NCBI GenBank assembly: GCA_964619725.1
Contig: CAZUFC010000154.1
Location: 1 to 17,856, forward strand
Reading direction: 5' to 3'
DNA: 17,856 bases
Source: an uncultured bacterium
Lineage (GTDB): Bacteria > CSSED10-310 > CAZUFC01
Shown here: positions 15,520 through 17,856 of the stretch, in pieces
Numbering within the stretch: the stretch's first letter is position 1
Layout of the letters: each line of letters opens with the position of its first letter
Program-made: the position numbers and the translations under genes
The notes under the pieces: model-generated
What the model saw: only the letters and a program-made list of their open reading frames with translations
Databases searched by the model: none
What the model was told of the DNA's origin: nothing

Positions 15520-15558
15520 CTGTTTTCCCCATGCCGGACTCCGGCATGGGGAAAACAG
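15520..15558. repeat. Perfect 39-bp palindrome between convergent genes (possible bidirectional terminator or REP)
   Basis: ctgttttccccatgccgga-c-tccggcatggggaaaacag: 19-bp arms with a 1-nt centre. No clean U-tract follows the stem on either strand. Confidence 0.85.
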
Positions 15559-15577
15559 TATTCAATTTACCCGAAAA

Positions 15578-17856
15578 TCATTGCTTCAGTTTTTTCCCAT
15601 TTTTTTCAGCAAGTTCCCGTTCTCTTTCCTCTGCTTTATTGCGTTCCTGGTTTTCGCTTTGCCTTTTAGCGTTTTCGACGTGATGACGAGGCGGAATCAG
15701 CTCGCCGTTTTTGCCTTTAGTGTAGCCGGCCCATTTTCCAGCTTCGATGATCGTGCCGGGCGCTGTGTAATCTGCGGGTTCGTATCCGTAAACTTCGTGG
15801 TCGAGAGGCCAGTTGAAGATATTGCCGTTGCCTTGATTCGCGGCTTTTGCTTCGGGAGGATCGTAAGCGGGGTGGAGGTATCCCGGAGGCGGCGCCTGGA
15901 AGAATCTGCCTGCGCCGTAGTTTGTCCTGGGTTTTACGACAACCATGTAGTCGAATTCGATGGATTCGGCGGAAAGAGCAGTAGAGGCTTCCGCCATGGC
16001 TATCCAATGAAAAGTGAAATTATCGGAATAATCATCTGTTTCTACGGTGAATCCTTTGGTATCGACCTGTTTAATGACCAGGGCGGCAGCGCTGCCGACG
16101 GGATTGGCCGTTACGACGGGCATGGCGTCCGACTTCAGTTTTGAAGTGAAGGAATCGGAGAAAATGATCCGTACCTCTTCCGCCCCGTTGAATTGCGCCG
16201 TTCCGAAATCGCTGATCTTTTCGGGTTCGTCCTGGGTTCGACAGTAAACGCTGAATCCTGAATAATCGGATTCCACGTTGAGGACCGCCGGTTGATCGGT
16301 TTTCGGCTGCACGTAAACTTTCATGGGATTGTCTTCATCAATGAAAGTGACGTGCTTGAGGATGGGATCAAGCTCTATACGCGCCTGACCGTTGACTGTT
16401 TTGCCTGTGCCGAAATCGAAATACCAGTATTCAGGCGATTCCGGGCACACCAGAGTGACGCGTCCGTAATCCTTCGTTGGTATAATCTCTGAAACCTGGC
16501 CGGTACCGGTGATCTTGTATGTGGTTCCGTTGTGTTTGGCGCCGCAAGCTGCCGTACCTCCGTAAGTGCAGGCAAAATATCCGCCTTTCTGCCAGGTGGA
16601 ACTTCCATAGGCGTATCCGTAAACCCCGAATCCGCTTTGATCGCCGTTCTGCACGTCAAACCGCCCGCCGTAAATGGATGCGTTATAACCCGGCGTCAGA
16701 TAAACTCCGCACCCCCTGACGCCCCAACCATTCCAGGAACTGCCGGCATATCCGTATACTCCAACGTTCTGTTCGCCCAGAGAGCTCCCAATAACTCCAT
16801 GAGAGTCATAACTGCAGTTATCCCGGTCATACCAGTATCCGGCAGAACCGAACACACCGGTTCCGTTCTCATAAGTGCACCCGTACACTCCTGTTTCTCC
16901 TCCTGTGCTGTATAATCCGGTGGTTCCGCCATAAGAATAAATTCCTTTGTCAGACCCTGAAACGTCTATTCCGGTAGGACCGCCGTATGCCTGAACTCCG
17001 TAAGAATCGCCGCTGAAATATCCGCCCGTGGAATAACTTATTGCGTATACGCCCCTGTATCCGCCTTCGAAGTATCCGCCGTATCCCCAGTAGTCCTGAG
17101 GCCAGCTTCTGCCGTATACGGCATAAGCATCATTAGTGTCCGTATTGGCGTAATTCGAATACAACACGTAATATCCTGAATCAGACTCAACGTTCAGTTT
17201 GGCGCTTGTAGTCGTCGTTCCTATGCCTACCGTGTCGGATGTCGTACTTAACCGGACTACTGTGCCGTCGTCCGTCCAGCCTCCGCCCGGACCGGAAGGA
17301 CCTCGTGCGCCTGTCGGTCCCGTAGCCCCGGTCGACCCTGCAGCTCCTGTCGGACCCGATGGTCCGCGGCTGCCCTGTGAACCCGTCGGACCCGAGGGGC
17401 CGCGGCTTCCCTGCGAACCTGTCGGGCCGGACGGTCCGCGTGATCCTGTCTGTCCCTGCGGGCCTGTTGGGCCCATGGGTCCCTGCTCACCTTGCGGACC
17501 AGTATCACCGTCAGCGCCTTGAGGACCGGATGGACCCCGCGATCCTTGCGGCCCCGTCGGACCAACCGGTCCCTGAATGCCTTGGTCGCCTTGAGGTCCC
17601 TGCGGCCCCGTCGGACCAACCGGCCCCTGAATGCCCTGGTCGCCTTGAGGCCCCTGCGGTCCAGTCGGACCAACCGGCCCCTGAACGCCCTGGTCGCCTT
17701 GAGGTCCCTGCGGTCCCGTCGGGCCAATCGGTCCCTGAATGCCTTGGTCGCCTTGAGGCCCCTGCGGCCCCGTCGGGCCAATCGGTCCCTGAACGCCCTG
17801 TTCGCCTTGAGGTCCCTGCGGCCCCGTCGCTCCCGTCGGTCCCTGAACGCCCTGTT
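15578..17856 (-). CDS. Collagen-like / tail-fibre-like protein, 5' end outside the window
   Basis: The frame stays open upstream of the listed ATG 17476 to the window edge ([19 protein letters not shown]...). After the collagen come [10 protein letters not shown]...VGIGTT, Gly/Tyr-rich GVYG repeats and a [14 protein letters not shown]...NG...I.LDP C-terminal module. Confidence 0.9.
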   Translation of the reverse strand, partial: QGVQGPTGATGPQGPQGEQGVQGPIGPTGPQGPQGDQGIQGPIGPTGPQGPQGDQGVQGPVGPTGPQGPQGDQGIQGPVGPTGPQGPQGDQGIQGPVGPTGPQGSRGPSGPQGADGDTGPQGEQGPMGPTGPQGQTGSRGPSGPTGSQGSRGPSGPTGSQGSRGPSGPTGAAGSTGATGPTGARGPSGPGGGWTDDGTVVRLSTTSDTVGIGTTTTSAKLNVESDSGYYVLYSNYANTDTNDAYAVYGRSWPQDYWGYGGYFEGGYRGVYAISYSTGGYFSGDSYGVQAYGGPTGIDVSGSDKGIYSYGGTTGLYSTGGETGVYGCTYENGTGVFGSAGYWYDRDNCSYDSHGVIGSSLGEQNVGVYGYAGSSWNGWGVRGCGVYLTPGYNASIYGGRFDVQNGDQSGFGVYGYAYGSSTWQKGGYFACTYGGTAACGAKHNGTTYKITGTGQVSEIIPTKDYGRVTLVCPESPEYWYFDFGTGKTVNGQARIELDPILKHVTFIDEDNPMKVYVQPKTDQPAVLNVESDYSGFSVYCRTQDEPEKISDFGTAQFNGAEEVRIIFSDSFTSKLKSDAMPVVTANPVGSAAALVIKQVDTKGFTVETDDYSDNFTFHWIAMAEASTALSAESIEFDYMVVVKPRTNYGAGRFFQAPPPGYLHPAYDPPEAKAANQGNGNIFNWPLDHEVYGYEPADYTAPGTIIEAGKWAGYTKGKNGELIPPRHHVENAKRQSENQERNKAEERERELAEKNGKKLKQ
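17285..17851 (-). repeat. Collagen Gly-X-Y repeat (at least 63 triplets) including a 54-bp tandem array
   Basis: About 5.5 near-identical 54-bp units ([13 protein letters not shown][IV]QGP[IV]) from about 17550 to the window end, followed by 36-bp [12 protein letters not shown] units. Confidence 0.93.

Noticed and set aside
15500-16144. 214-aa plus-strand ORF, and the Arg-rich ORFs over the collagen repeats (13001-13600, 17257-17781)
   Set aside because: Antisense or off-frame readings of the fibre genes and of GC-rich Gly-X-Y codon repeats.
12356-17856. Prophage tail module
   Set aside because: The first fibre gene has a signal peptide, the two genes are convergent, and no capsid, baseplate, terminase or integrase genes are in the window.
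5635-17856. Diversity-generating retroelement targeting the fibre or beta-helix genes
   Set aside because: No reverse transcriptase, and I found no template/variable repeat pair differing at adenines.

Overview
Bacterial chromosomal window devoted to the cell envelope and surface, with no recognisable transposase, integrase, rRNA, tRNA or cas gene. (1) 588-2649, minus strand: a four-gene envelope-stress cassette of zinc-ribbon-PspC, ECF sigma factor, zinc-binding (ZAS) anti-sigma and a second zinc-ribbon-PspC. It has an ECF-type promoter (GAACC-N16-CGTA) and is bracketed by several non-coding repeat families (a REP-like palindrome, a 52-bp inverted repeat pair and a 30-bp direct repeat). (2) 3355-11793, minus strand: a two-gene operon behind a near-consensus sigma70 promoter. 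It encodes a 2052-aa secreted protein (three ~604-aa beta-helix modules, Pro/Thr linker, Cys-rich dockerin, C-terminal cohesin-like domain) and a 753-aa scaffoldin-like protein (four Cys-rich cohesin-like domains and an IPTL-CTERM-like membrane anchor). This looks like a cellulosome-style cohesin-dockerin surface assembly without recognisable cellulases and is the best candidate for an undescribed system. (3) 12356-17856: two convergent collagen-like, tail-fibre-like genes separated by a perfect 39-bp palindrome. The first has a signal peptide and a Peptidase S74 chaperone. The second is truncated by the window edge and has a different C-terminal module with a nested duplication. All domain calls are by-eye motif recognition, not database searches.
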